A stretch of 64,000 nt of DNA from Nitrospinota bacterium (GTDB lineage: Bacteria; Nitrospinota; Nitrospinia; Nitrospinales; VA-1), in NCBI GenBank assembly GCA_014382285.1, contig JACNKA010000060.1, positions 6,987-70,986 of the forward strand, given 5' to 3'. The notes under the pieces are model-generated. The model did not search any database and was not told the origin of the DNA. It worked only from the letters and a program-made list of their open reading frames with translations. Below, one piece after another: positions 17,534 to 27,232 of the stretch. Position 1 is the stretch's first letter. Every line of letters starts with the position of its first letter. The translations under genes and the position numbers were made by a program.

Positions 17534-18487
17534 TTACTCGGTCAGGCCTTTTTCTGCGAGCCAACGTTCCGCTTCCAGAGCGGCGGCACAGCCCGTGCCC
17601 GCAGCGGTGACAGCCTGGCGGTATTTATGATCATGCACATCTCCGGCGGCAAAGACCCCTTCAATATTGGTTTCCTGAGTTCCCGGTTTCAATTTGATGT
17701 ATCCAGCATCATCCAGGTCCAATTGTCCATTGAAGATGGACGTATTAGGTGTGTGCCCGATCGCATAAAAAAGACCCGTGACTTCGACCTCTTTCACTTC
17801 CTGGGTCTTAACATTTTTCAGACGAGCCCCGGTTACATAATCGACGCCGACAGCATCCTCAAGAACCGTATCCCAAAGGATTTCCAGTTTCGGGTGCTTT
17901 AGCGCTCTCTCCTGCATGATTTTGGAAGCTCTGAGTTGGTCACGCCGATGCACAAGATAAACCACCGAGCCGAATTTGGCTAAATAAGTGGCCTCTTCCA
18001 CTGCCGTATCCCCTCCTCCGATGACCATCAGCGGCTGGTTGCGAAACATAGGAAGTGCGCCGTCACAAACCGCACAAGCTGACATGCCGTTGTTCCACAT
18101 TTTTTCTTCATTTGGGACACCCATTCGCTTTGCTGTCGCGCCAGTGGAAATGATCACCGAATGCGCTTTCACTTCACGGTTCTCAGATTTCAATACAAAT
18201 GGACGCTGACTGAAATCGGCAGAGATAACATCTTCCTGAACCATTTCCGTGGCGAATCGCTCGGACTGTTTGCGGAACAACTGCATCAACTCCGGCCCTT
18301 CAACCCCTTCGGGAAACCCAGGATAGTTTTCAACTTCCGTAGTGGTGGTCAGCTGTCCTCCTGCTGAGCCACCCATCATATAACCTTCAAACATAAAAGG
18401 GCTGAGATTAGCCCTGGCAGAATAAATTGCGGCAGTATGCCCAGCGGGCCCCGAACCGACGATGACAACATTTTTAACATCCGACAT
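17534..18487 (-). CDS. trxB: Thioredoxin-disulfide reductase
   Basis: VVIVGSGPAGHTAA FAD motif, redox-active CAVCDG, and GGGDTAVEEA NADPH motif. Confidence 0.95.
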   Translation of the reverse strand: MSDVKNVVIVGSGPAGHTAAIYSARANLSPFMFEGYMMGGSAGGQLTTTTEVENYPGFPEGVEGPELMQLFRKQSERFATEMVQEDVISADFSQRPFVLKSENREVKAHSVIISTGATAKRMGVPNEEKMWNNGMSACAVCDGALPMFRNQPLMVIGGGDTAVEEATYLAKFGSVVYLVHRRDQLRASKIMQERALKHPKLEILWDTVLEDAVGVDYVTGARLKNVKTQEVKEVEVTGLFYAIGHTPNTSIFNGQLDLDDAGYIKLKPGTQETNIEGVFAAGDVHDHKYRQAVTAAGTGCAAALEAERWLAEKGLTE

Positions 18488-18499
18488 AGTTTATCCTTT

Positions 18500-19210
18500 C
18501 TACTTTTCTATTCTCACACAGCGAAACCCTACATCGCTGTATCTTAACTCGCGATCTTTTGCGACCCGATCAGAGGTTCTTAAAAAATGGCTGGCAGAAC
18601 TCCATGAGCCTCCCCGCACCACCTTGTTTTTTTCGGCAGAAGCACCGGAGCCATCGTCCGAACTATATAGGGTCCATTCGTAGACATTGCCCATCATGTC
18701 GTAGAGACCATGGGAATTGGCCTCGAATTTTCCAATATTTTCTGGAGCACCGTTTCCATAAGGCTGGCCAAAATGGGCACCGCCCAGTTCTTTTCCCTCA
18801 GCCGCCGCCTCCCATTGCTCCCCGGTGGGAAGGTCTCCTCCACGCCATGCGCAATAGGTTCTGGCATCCCCCCAGGTTACGAACACCACTGGTTGTCGGG
18901 GTTTGTTAAAGTCCTGTGGACGATCATCATGCAATACCAATGGTTCGCACACCCCGGCAATGAAACACTCCCGGTAATCAGCATTGCTGACCTCATATTT
19001 ATCTATCCAGAAAGCATCTAACTTCACCTTGCGGGGAACCTCATCGCTGCACCATTCGGCGTTGCCCTGCTCTTCCTCACAGTAAAGACTTCCCAGACTA
19101 TATTCTCCAGCCAGAATCAAAACCTGCGCTGGGCCGGACTCGGCATAAGTTTGAAAAGGAAAACACACCATGAAAACCATCATGAGTAAAATCTGCTTAA
19201 GGCGAGTCAT
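18500..19210 (-). CDS. Secreted formylglycine-generating-enzyme (SUMF1/EgtB/PvdO) family protein, probably not a true FGE
   Basis: Signal peptide. FGE-sulfatase fold motifs ([43 protein letters not shown]). No Cys pair follows RGGSW. The start overlaps the thrC stop by 4 nt. Confidence 0.8.
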   Translation of the reverse strand: MTRLKQILLMMVFMVCFPFQTYAESGPAQVLILAGEYSLGSLYCEEEQGNAEWCSDEVPRKVKLDAFWIDKYEVSNADYRECFIAGVCEPLVLHDDRPQDFNKPRQPVVFVTWGDARTYCAWRGGDLPTGEQWEAAAEGKELGGAHFGQPYGNGAPENIGKFEANSHGLYDMMGNVYEWTLYSSDDGSGASAEKNKVVRGGSWSSASHFLRTSDRVAKDRELRYSDVGFRCVRIEK

Positions 19211-20538
19211 ACTTCTATTTTATCCAAGATTGCTTTTTTAATCTGCTCATAGTCAGCGTCAAGTTCAATCGGTGAGAACGCGTGTTCCGATTCAACTCCC
19301 TCTATTTGATTCGTATGATATTTGAAAAGAAAGTCAGTGAACTTCAATCCGTTAGCAGTGGAGATCACCACCACGCGATCCTTTTTCTTAATCACCCCGT
19401 TATTGACCAGCTTTTCCAGAACCGCCAGAGCCACCCCGGTATGCGGACAACAGAGAAGCCCAGTTTTATTGGCTCTGCCCGCTGCGTTGGCCAATTCACT
19501 TTCTGACGCCTCTTCAACAATGCCATCAAAAGCCTGGAGGGTGCGAATAGCTTTTTTATAACTGACCGGATCTCCAATCTGAATAGCACTTGCCAAAGTC
19601 GTTTGCGCCTGGACAGATTCGAAAGTTTTAAATCCATTCTGGTAGCTGCGGTAAAGGGGAGCGGCCTGTTTCGCCTGAGCACAAACCAGACGAGGGAGCC
19701 TATCGATCAGCCCCAGGTCATAAAACATCTGGAACCCCTTGCCTATCGCACTGACATTACCCAGGTTACCGCCCGGAACGATTACAAAATCGGGCACTTT
19801 CCAGTTGAACTGCTGGACAATCTCAAAACTGATAGTTTTTTGGCCTTCAATTCTCAGAGAGTTCATGGAGTTTGCCAGATAGATATCGTTTTTCTGACAA
19901 ATCTCCTGAACCAGTTTCATGCATCCGTCAAAATCAGTATTAAGGGACAGGGTGAGTACGCCATGTGTGATGGGCTGAATCAGTTGCGCCAGTGAGACTT
20001 TATCCTTAGGCAAAAACACAATGGCCGGAATACCTGCAAGCGCACAATAAGCCGCCAATGCAGCAGACGTATCCCCGGTGGAAGCACAAGCTACCGCCTT
20101 GATGTTTTTCCCGGAAGCAATCATTTGCTTGACCATGGAGACCAGCACGGTCATTCCCAGATCCTTGAAGGACCCCGTATGCGCCATACCACATTGTTTG
20201 ACCCATAGATCATCAAGACCAAGTTGGTGACCCAGCCGCTCGGCCCAGAAAAGGTTCGTGCCCCCTTCATATGTGGACACAATATTCTCATTCTCCACGT
20301 TGGGGCAAACCAGTTCTCTTTTCCCCCACACAGCGCTGCCATAAGGCCATTCGTTGCGGCGGTACCGACTTTCAAACAGGGTTTTCCACTTTTCAGGCGA
20401 TCGTTGTTTTAACAGAGTCATATCATGTTGGACTTCCAGAAGTTCGCCACACTTCTTGCAACGATAGATAATATCAGTCAGTTCATACTGACTTTCACAT
20501 TCTGGATTAATACACTGAAACCAAGCTTTAAATTCCAT
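19207..20538 (-). CDS. thrC: Threonine synthase
   Basis: N-terminal Cys-rich zinc-ribbon-like segment, PLP-lysine motif HTGSFKDLG, 443 aa. Located downstream of hom. Confidence 0.92.
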   Translation of the reverse strand: MEFKAWFQCINPECESQYELTDIIYRCKKCGELLEVQHDMTLLKQRSPEKWKTLFESRYRRNEWPYGSAVWGKRELVCPNVENENIVSTYEGGTNLFWAERLGHQLGLDDLWVKQCGMAHTGSFKDLGMTVLVSMVKQMIASGKNIKAVACASTGDTSAALAAYCALAGIPAIVFLPKDKVSLAQLIQPITHGVLTLSLNTDFDGCMKLVQEICQKNDIYLANSMNSLRIEGQKTISFEIVQQFNWKVPDFVIVPGGNLGNVSAIGKGFQMFYDLGLIDRLPRLVCAQAKQAAPLYRSYQNGFKTFESVQAQTTLASAIQIGDPVSYKKAIRTLQAFDGIVEEASESELANAAGRANKTGLLCCPHTGVALAVLEKLVNNGVIKKKDRVVVISTANGLKFTDFLFKYHTNQIEGVESEHAFSPIELDADYEQIKKAILDKIEV

Positions 20539-20540
20539 TA

Positions 20541-21845
20541 TTATCTTTCAACTCGAATCAAGTTAGGTTTTTCGCACACCGCGTTTAATTCCTCTATTTC
20601 ATTTAAAGCCGACTGAATATTATTCTCACTGGATTTGTGACACATCATCACAAGCGGCACCCCTTCACCACCTTTACCCCGTCCTCTCTGAATCATGGAC
20701 TCAATACTGATGGAATGTTTACCCAGTATCCCGGATATTTTTGAAAGTACACCCGGCTTATCCAACACACTGAAGCGCAAAAAATATTCAGACTCGATTT
20801 CACTGATATCCTTGAGAGGGATTTTCTTGACCTCATTTTCCTGAAAAGATCCGGCGGGCAATCTTTCTCCCACACCCGTAAGAATATTTCGAGCAATTTC
20901 CACAACATCGCCAACCACTGCACTACCAGTGGGCAGAGCACCCGCCCCATGCCCAATCAAAATATTTTCATCCATCATATCATCGCACACACGAATAGCG
21001 TTTAATACGCCATTAACATTTGCCATCGGATGCGCAACCGGAATCATTGCAGGATGAACACGAATATCGATCGCCTGACCATCGTATTTGGATATGGCAA
21101 GCAGTTTGATTCGGTAACCAAACTCCCGTGCGCATTCGATGTCCTCCGAGGTGATGCCTGAAATACCTGAAACGATTATATCGTCAAACGGCACAAGGGT
21201 CCCATAAGCCAGACGAGTCAGTACCGCTATCTTGTGGGCTGAGTCCATTCCTTCAATATCAAAAGTCGGGTCCGCTTCGGCAAAACCTTTTTCCTGTGCT
21301 TCTTTCAAAGCGGTGTTGAAGTCGCATTTCTCATCAGACATTTTGCTGAGAATATAATTTGCGGTCCCATTCACGATACCTTCTATACTCTGAATACGGT
21401 TAGCAACAAATGCCTCCCGAACCGACCGAATTATCGGAATCGCTCCACCTATAGAAGCTTCAAATCCGATAGACAGACCTTTTTCAGTAACCGCTGAAAA
21501 AATTTCGTCCCCATGTTTAGCCAGCAGGGCCTTGTTGGCCGTCACTATATGCTTTCCCTGCTCAATGGCCTGGAGAAGAAATTTTCTAGCCGGATTGTAT
21601 CCACCAATCAACTCGATCAACACATCAATGTCGGGGTGGTTGATCACCTCATCGGCAGAAGTCGTTAATACGCCAGTGGCCAGTTCAATACCCCGGTCCG
21701 TGGTGATATCCAAGTCCGCCACCTTAACCAGTTCCAACCTGGCCCCCAACCTTTTCCTTATAATTTCACCATTATCCACGAGGATTTTAGCCACCCCGGC
21801 ACCTATCGTGCCAAAACCGATCATTCCCACCTTAACTATTTTCAT
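20541..21845 (-). CDS. hom: Homoserine dehydrogenase with C-terminal ACT domain
   Basis: [13 protein letters not shown] Rossmann motif, typical Hom core, and an ACT-like C-terminus ([20 protein letters not shown]). Confidence 0.93.
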   Translation of the reverse strand: MKIVKVGMIGFGTIGAGVAKILVDNGEIIRKRLGARLELVKVADLDITTDRGIELATGVLTTSADEVINHPDIDVLIELIGGYNPARKFLLQAIEQGKHIVTANKALLAKHGDEIFSAVTEKGLSIGFEASIGGAIPIIRSVREAFVANRIQSIEGIVNGTANYILSKMSDEKCDFNTALKEAQEKGFAEADPTFDIEGMDSAHKIAVLTRLAYGTLVPFDDIIVSGISGITSEDIECAREFGYRIKLLAISKYDGQAIDIRVHPAMIPVAHPMANVNGVLNAIRVCDDMMDENILIGHGAGALPTGSAVVGDVVEIARNILTGVGERLPAGSFQENEVKKIPLKDISEIESEYFLRFSVLDKPGVLSKISGILGKHSISIESMIQRGRGKGGEGVPLVMMCHKSSENNIQSALNEIEELNAVCEKPNLIRVER

Positions 21846-21848
21846 CGT

Positions 21849-23027
21849 CTACTCAGTATCCTTAAAAAATCTTTCAATTCCCCGAACCGCCTGTCTGATC
21901 CTGTGTTCGTTTTCGACCAGCGAGAAACGTACAAAATGATCCCCACCTTCTCCAAATCCGATACCCGGAGCAACCGCTACTTTGGCTTTATCCAAAAGTA
22001 GCTTGCAAAATTCCAGAGACCCTGTTTTCCTGAAGCGTTCTGGAATTTTCGCCCAGACCATCATTGTCGCTTTCGGTGGTGTTACGTCCCAACCAATTCG
22101 GTTCAATGATTCACATAAAACATCGCGCCGGCTTCGGTACGTTTCTCTGATTTCTTCCACACAGTCACGCGGACCGTTCAGAGCCACCGTGGCCGCAATC
22201 TGGATCGGCTGAAACATACCATAATCCTGATAACTTTTGATGCGCGCCAGGGCATGAATGATTTCAGCATTTCCGACCGCAAAGCCAACCCGCCATCCAG
22301 GCATATTATAACTTTTTGACAAGGTAAAAAACTCTATCCCAACATCTTTTGCTCCTGGAACCTGCAAAAAACTGGGTGCTTTATAACCATCAAAAACAAT
22401 GTCTCCATAAGCAAAGTCGTGAATCACAATCAGGTTATGTTCTTTAGCAAATTCCACGACCTTCACAAAGAAATCAATATCCACCACCAGAGTGGTGGGG
22501 TTATGCGGGAAATTGATAATCATCACCTTGGGCCGGGGCCAGTTTCTCTTGAAAGCATCAAGTAGAGCATCAAAAAAATCTATATCAGCACTAAGGGGGA
22601 CATGAATGACATCGCCGTTGGCTAAAATGAACGCATAGGTATGAATCGGGTAAGTCGGTGTCGGCACCAAAACCGAATCACCCGGGCTGGTTATCGCCAA
22701 AGCCAGATGAGCAATGCCCTCTTTAGAACCAATCGTAGCAATCGCTTCTGAATTCGGGTCCAGGTCAACGTCATGATTGCGCTTGTACCAGTCAGTGATA
22801 GCAAGACGCAATTTATATATGCCCTTGGAAACAGAATAGCGGTGATTCGCTTCCTTCTGCGAGGCTTCTATCAACTTATCCACTATATGTTTAGGGGTCG
22901 GCATATCGGGGTTCCCCAAACCAAAGTCGATAATATCTTCCCCGCGCCGACGAGCATCGTACTTAAGTTCGTTAACGATCCCCAGTACATAGGGAGGAAG
23001 ACGCTCAATTCTGGAAAATTCTTTCAT
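21849..23027 (-). CDS. Class I/II PLP-dependent aminotransferase (alanine/aspartate transaminase-like)
   Basis: [11 protein letters not shown], and PLP-lysine region [15 protein letters not shown]. 392 aa. Confidence 0.88.
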   Translation of the reverse strand: MKEFSRIERLPPYVLGIVNELKYDARRRGEDIIDFGLGNPDMPTPKHIVDKLIEASQKEANHRYSVSKGIYKLRLAITDWYKRNHDVDLDPNSEAIATIGSKEGIAHLALAITSPGDSVLVPTPTYPIHTYAFILANGDVIHVPLSADIDFFDALLDAFKRNWPRPKVMIINFPHNPTTLVVDIDFFVKVVEFAKEHNLIVIHDFAYGDIVFDGYKAPSFLQVPGAKDVGIEFFTLSKSYNMPGWRVGFAVGNAEIIHALARIKSYQDYGMFQPIQIAATVALNGPRDCVEEIRETYRSRRDVLCESLNRIGWDVTPPKATMMVWAKIPERFRKTGSLEFCKLLLDKAKVAVAPGIGFGEGGDHFVRFSLVENEHRIRQAVRGIERFFKDTE

Positions 23028-23142
23028 AATTCGTTACAGGTAGCAGAGATAGACCACGTCCAACTTAGTAATGGCCGGGAAATAGCATTCAACATATAAA
23101 AGCATTAAATATTAAGGTGTTCCAAGAGGTAGACCAAATCGC

Positions 23143-23165
23143 AAAAAAGTCCTGACCAGTCAGGG
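23143..23165 (-). terminator. Intrinsic-terminator-like hairpin inside a divergent promoter region
   Basis: The minus strand reads CCTGAC-TG-GTCAGG-AC-TTTTTT. It lies ~116 nt upstream of the aminotransferase ATG on the same strand. Confidence 0.45.
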
Positions 23166-23213
23166 TTTGTGAGGAGGCAACCTATTAATTTCCAAGGGAA
23201 TCCGGCTGAACGC
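23143..23213 (-). ncRNA. Candidate ~70-nt sRNA or transcription-attenuator leader
   Basis: A fair promoter, TTGCTG-N17-TATGTT (23248 to 23220, minus strand), precedes a CCUCCUC-containing stretch and the terminator above. No credible ORF lies inside. Confidence 0.3.
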
Positions 23214-23430
23214 CCGCGTAACATAACATAATTTATAAAGGCCAGCAAACCAAAAGCCTTGGGCGAAAAACCACATGTTAAAAGTAGATGTACAGCGATT
23301 CTTTTTTCTTGATTCTAACCTTTTGTAAAGGGTAGTATCTCACTTCAGATGCTTCACAATGATCATTCTGGTTTCCTCTGTTGAAGATTTCTTTCCAGAT
23401 CAAGTCAAATCTCCCTCCATCACCGAACAA

Positions 23431-24240
23431 ATGGAATTTTTTCAGATAATTTTATTAAGCATTATTCAGGGACTCACTGAATTCCTGCCAATTTCCAGTT
23501 CCGGGCATTTGATATTGGCTCCTGTCATATTCAATTTTGATGATCAGGGTCTGGCTCTGGATGCTATTTTGCATTTAGGCACCCTTCTGGCAATTATAGT
23601 TTTCTTCCGCAAAGAACTGACGAACTTAACGAAGGGGTTATTTGACCGCCAGGGTTCTCCAGAAACTCACCATCTTGCATGGTGTATTATTCTTGCTTCG
23701 TTCCCGGCAGGACTGATAGGCCTGTTTGGAGGAGAATGGATTGAAACCAACTTGAGGAGCCCCACTTTTGTCGGATACAATCTTTTATTCTGGTCGTTCG
23801 TTTTCCTGATAGCAGACCGGTCCGGCTTAAAAAGCTCAGACACAACAGATGTGGAATTAAATCGGCTGAGTCTGCGACAAATTTTGTTTATCGGGTGCGC
23901 TCAGGCCATTGCCTTATTGCCGGGAACCTCACGGTCTGGCATCACCATTGCGGCAGGACTTCTCACCAACCTCTCACACACTTCAGCAACCCGGTTTTCT
24001 TTTCTACTGGGAACTCCAATTATTTTCGCGGCAGGCATGCACAAGCTGAGGCAGTTCATTTTGCATCCAGCTCCAGAACAGACCTATTCCAACCTCCACC
24101 TTGCAATCGGGATGGGAATAAGCTTTCTCGTTGGTTTGCTGGCAATTCAGATTCTTCTTAGGATTGTTGCGAGAGTGGGCCTCCTGCCCTTTATCCTGTA
24201 CAGGGTGATTCTCGCATGCGGGATCCTTCTCTACTACTGA
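23431..24240 (+). CDS. uppP: Undecaprenyl-diphosphate phosphatase
   Basis: IIQGLTEFLPISSSGHL motif and a polytopic membrane protein. I chose the internal ATG 23431 because family N-termini lie ~13 aa before GLTEFLP. Confidence 0.9.
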   Translation: MEFFQIILLSIIQGLTEFLPISSSGHLILAPVIFNFDDQGLALDAILHLGTLLAIIVFFRKELTNLTKGLFDRQGSPETHHLAWCIILASFPAGLIGLFGGEWIETNLRSPTFVGYNLLFWSFVFLIADRSGLKSSDTTDVELNRLSLRQILFIGCAQAIALLPGTSRSGITIAAGLLTNLSHTSATRFSFLLGTPIIFAAGMHKLRQFILHPAPEQTYSNLHLAIGMGISFLVGLLAIQILLRIVARVGLLPFILYRVILACGILLYY

Positions 24241-24254
24241 GACCCGTTAGAAAT

Positions 24255-24293
24255 GAAAAAGCCGACCTGAAAAATCAGGCCGGCTTTAATTTT
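24255..24293. terminator. Bidirectional rho-independent terminator between uppP and the convergent small secreted-protein gene
   Basis: AAGCCGACCTGA-AAAA-TCAGGCCGGCTT (12-bp stem, one mismatch), flanked by an A-run upstream and TTTAATTTT downstream. Confidence 0.8.
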
Positions 24294-24307
24294 AAAACTT
24301 GCAGGAA

Positions 24308-24736
24308 TTAACCGCAGTTGACATCGAGATTAGTCGTGCCAGTATTGGTGATTCTAACTTCACCGCTGATGTCTCCAATGGAATCTCCACGGCTGAAGTT
24401 ATTCTGTCCGGACAAAACAACTTTCTTTTGGCCCATGTTATGTTTGTTACCCATTTGCACCATAGCATTTCCTGCGGCTCCACCACCATTATCGGGGAAA
24501 CCATGATTGGCAGTCGGGCTTAAGCTAATTGCAACCGTCGTAAAATTTGAAGACTTCCAGACTGTGGCATTTCCCTCACCACGATCTATCGAACCGCCAC
24601 CCGTATTTTCCAAGGTGATAGAACTGGCGTTGGTGCATTTGGTCATCTGACCCGGTGCCAATGATCCTGCAAAGGCCGAACTGGCGAGACAAAAAGAAGC
24701 AACAGTAACAAATAGTAAAACAGCGAGTTTCTTCAT
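24308..24736 (-). CDS. Hypothetical secreted Gly/Asn-rich protein (142 aa)
   Basis: Signal peptide MKKLAVLLFVTVASFCLASSAFA. Very strong RBS (TAAGGGAGGA, 7 nt before the ATG). Internal repeat ITLENTGGGS / VRITNTGTTN. Cys residues near the mature N-terminus and at the C-terminus (NCG). Confidence 0.7.
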   Translation of the reverse strand: MKKLAVLLFVTVASFCLASSAFAGSLAPGQMTKCTNASSITLENTGGGSIDRGEGNATVWKSSNFTTVAISLSPTANHGFPDNGGGAAGNAMVQMGNKHNMGQKKVVLSGQNNFSRGDSIGDISGEVRITNTGTTNLDVNCG

Positions 24737-24955
24737 TGTAAATCCTCCCTTACCCTAGTTAACGAACGTTTACCTACAAAATATTCTAAACGAGGCATAT
24801 TCCAAGGAACCAGCCTCCTCCCATTAGAACGATTGAGTAAATTTTCAAAGAACAAGCTAGCGACTAAAGCTCCAGAAGTGGAGCTATTTTCAACACTTTT
24901 TTCAGAACCGAGAGTGTAGGAAAACTCCGGCTTAGAAGAGGTCGAATCCCGGTTT
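24737..24955 (-). promoter_or_regulatory. Long (~220 nt) structured 5' leader of the secreted-protein gene
   Basis: Lies between the predicted TSS and the ATG. Contains a perfect GCTCCA-CTTC-TGGAGC hairpin (24869-24884) followed by TTTAGT, a CCGG...CCGG stem near the 5' end, and a GAGGC...GCCTC stem next to a second GGGAGGAGG element. Confidence 0.35.
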
Positions 24956-24962
24956 TCATCAA

Positions 24963-24990
24963 AGTATACTTACGCATCAAAACATGTCAA
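24963..24990 (-). promoter_or_regulatory. Candidate strong sigma-70 promoter
   Basis: Minus strand TTGACA-N16-TATACT, with a consensus -35. Confidence 0.5.
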
Positions 24991-25161
24991 TGTTTATTTG
25001 CAGATAAACATAAATCTCTTTTATATTCAATTAGTTATAGACATATCCGCTCAGACCAAAAAAAACAGATATCGAGAAATCAACCTACAAACAGCCAAGC
25101 GTTTATCCTACGCATTGAATACGCAAGACACCTACCCACAGTGCGCGCTCGACCCCATTCA

Positions 25162-26532
25162 TCAACCTTGACGGGTTTCATCGGCTATCAACACTCCTGC
25201 AGGCAGGATCAAAGTCTCTTTCAACCCCTGCAAATGAACCCGGCCTCTGAGCGAAGCTCCTCCTTCAAATCGAACAGCGCCGCTTATTTTCAACTCCTCT
25301 AAATCTACAAGATCTGGAATAACGGGAAAACAGTTTTGAAAATTTTCTATATTTTGTAGAAAGTCTCCCAACATTATTATGGGTAAAGAGCCCGGCTTTC
25401 TTTCGGGGTTTCTGATTAGCTTTCCATTATTCAAACTAAAAAGATTGGAACGAACCAACAGCAAATCATCCGTCTTTTTGACGGGCAAAAAACGGTCACG
25501 TGAAACGGAGAGACCTACCGCCCCCTCAAAGCACTCCAAGCCAGAACCGATAGCGGTTTCAAGTTGCACGATGGGAATGCCTTCAACACTTTTTCGGTTC
25601 ACCAGCACACTTAATTTCAGAGAGCCCTTTTTCAGCCTGTTGTTCAGGGCTACCAGGTTTATCCAGATATTATTGGTATTAAAAACCTTGAACTTTTTCT
25701 GATCACAAAACTCGTCAAGCCTGTCATCGGGAACACGAGCGATCTCCAACAATTTAAGCTTTCCATCCTGCTGATAAAGAGTGCCCCCTTTAATATCCGC
25801 CGGAGTTTTGGCAGTCATTTCCATCAAGAAGGGGATGTTAAACTCATCCATATAATTCAGAATAACAGGATCCACAACCGCGCCAAGGTTATCCGCATTT
25901 GAAATAAAAAGAATCTCCCTGCCCGCATCTATCAGCTTTTGCAGAATGCCCTGTTGCCAGATACACTGATAAAAATCGCCATGCCCAGGAGGATAGTATG
26001 CCTGATCGCCCCATTTATCCGGGTTCATCGGGCTCAGGCTCTCTGAATGCAGACGAGGAAATTTATTTTGCTGAAAACCAATAACTTCCGAAGAAATTTC
26101 CAAGGCGCTCAAATGAGCCTGGGTTTTTTCATGTGTGTAGAAACTGTTCATCAGGAGAAGAGGAATTTTTTGATCCCATTCTCGATTAAGGTTCTCGATT
26201 TGGTCGAGTATCAAGTCCAGAAAGGATTTATTATCCCTCACTTCAACCAGAGACTTTGGCCCCACACAGCCCATGCTGGTCCCCATGCCACCATTGAGTT
26301 TACCGACAACAAGCTTCGACAATTGGCGCGCAGTCTGGGAATGCTCCGGGGATGGCAGGCTGGAAAAGTCCGGCAGATTTCTGGAATCGGGAGTCATTAT
26401 TGAACTCCAGTCCTCGACTTTAGCCGTCCCTTGACGGAACTGAGTGATCATTTCCCAATAATGATCCAATTGAGGGCCTGCGAGTGATTGACCCAACGCA
26501 CTCCATAAAGAATCTTTATCATCAGAAGACAT
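25162..26532 (-). CDS. UTP-glucose-1-phosphate uridylyltransferase, eukaryote-type UDPGP family
   Basis: KLNGGMGTSMGCVGPKSLVEV and NSFYTHEKT are UDPGP (UGP2-like) signatures, not the GalU family. ATG 26532 is preferred because the longer ORF overlaps the divergent gene start. Confidence 0.85.
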   Translation of the reverse strand: MSSDDKDSLWSALGQSLAGPQLDHYWEMITQFRQGTAKVEDWSSIMTPDSRNLPDFSSLPSPEHSQTARQLSKLVVGKLNGGMGTSMGCVGPKSLVEVRDNKSFLDLILDQIENLNREWDQKIPLLLMNSFYTHEKTQAHLSALEISSEVIGFQQNKFPRLHSESLSPMNPDKWGDQAYYPPGHGDFYQCIWQQGILQKLIDAGREILFISNADNLGAVVDPVILNYMDEFNIPFLMEMTAKTPADIKGGTLYQQDGKLKLLEIARVPDDRLDEFCDQKKFKVFNTNNIWINLVALNNRLKKGSLKLSVLVNRKSVEGIPIVQLETAIGSGLECFEGAVGLSVSRDRFLPVKKTDDLLLVRSNLFSLNNGKLIRNPERKPGSLPIIMLGDFLQNIENFQNCFPVIPDLVDLEELKISGAVRFEGGASLRGRVHLQGLKETLILPAGVLIADETRQG

Positions 26533-26610
26533 ACTAAAATCCCCAGCCTGTTTTTTCGTGACAAAATCAAAAGAACTTGCTTTACTTGCTACTTTATATA
26601 AGGTCTGCTT

Positions 26611-27204
26611 ATGCTCGTATTCAAAAAGAATATTTATGAAACCAGCTCTCATCACCCTGAAAATGGAACCCAACAGAACCTGGACCCTCGTGATTTCATT
26701 TTCAGGTCACTGACCACCGACCGTGAAATTTTTTATGGGCTGCAACAACTCGCTCAAGAGGAAAGTCAGGAACGCTTCAAGACTTTATTCCCTCATGTAT
26801 CGAGGTTTGGCTCCATTTCACTCATCAATAACTTCTCCCGGTCACTTCTGGAAGGACTGATTGATAAAGACAACTGGTACACCATGAATGCATACCATAT
26901 GACATACCTCTTTGACAGCCTGCATGGTACTTTTGAGGACTACAGCTACTCAGACCCGGCACAAAGGAAAGAATTGTTTCCTGAACTTCAGGGAGAGGCT
27001 ATTGATTTTGACCATTTCCTGGAAAATTATTTTTTCGGAACCGCATTTTTAATGGACGCCGAGCGTTTCAACAATATGCTACCAGAAGAAAAGAAAGACC
27101 TTAAACTCACTGACCCCTGCCTGTTTGGGGTGATCAACAGGCTGATCCCTGCCGAGGAAGAAATTGTACTCAAAATAAGCATGGCCACCCCCTATTCCCC
27201 CTGA
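26611..27204 (+). CDS. Uncharacterised protein, paralog A (197 aa)
   Basis: Clear homology to 27954-28568 (MLxFKxNIYxTSS, MNxYH, NYFF, AFLxDxExFN, LFxVxNxLxP). I recognise no family. Confidence 0.75.
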   Translation: MLVFKKNIYETSSHHPENGTQQNLDPRDFIFRSLTTDREIFYGLQQLAQEESQERFKTLFPHVSRFGSISLINNFSRSLLEGLIDKDNWYTMNAYHMTYLFDSLHGTFEDYSYSDPAQRKELFPELQGEAIDFDHFLENYFFGTAFLMDAERFNNMLPEEKKDLKLTDPCLFGVINRLIPAEEEIVLKISMATPYSP

Positions 27205-27232
27205 ATAAAACCCATGCCGATTGAGAGGTATG

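Noticed and set aside
23045-23136. 12-nt direct repeat AGAGRTAGACCA (23045-23056 and 23125-23136), a possible operator pair upstream of the aminotransferase.
   Set aside because: It is an 11/12 match within ~400 bp. My rough estimate is that about 0.2 such pairs are expected by chance, so it is not significant without conservation data.
23160-23276. A 38-codon minus-strand ORF ending inside the orphan terminator hairpin, which might be a thr-type leader peptide.
   Set aside because: It is not enriched in Thr/Ile codons, has no SD, and starts upstream of the only plausible promoter for that leader.
24941-24950. The minus strand reads GGGATTCGAC, reminiscent of the conserved 5' GGAUUCGAC of tmRNA, inside a 425-bp intergenic region.
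   Set aside because: There is no GGGG acceptor start, no T-arm (GGTTCGAATCC) or CCA-proximal 3' end, and no tag-peptide reading frame ending in a stop in the right place. The match is only 10 nt.
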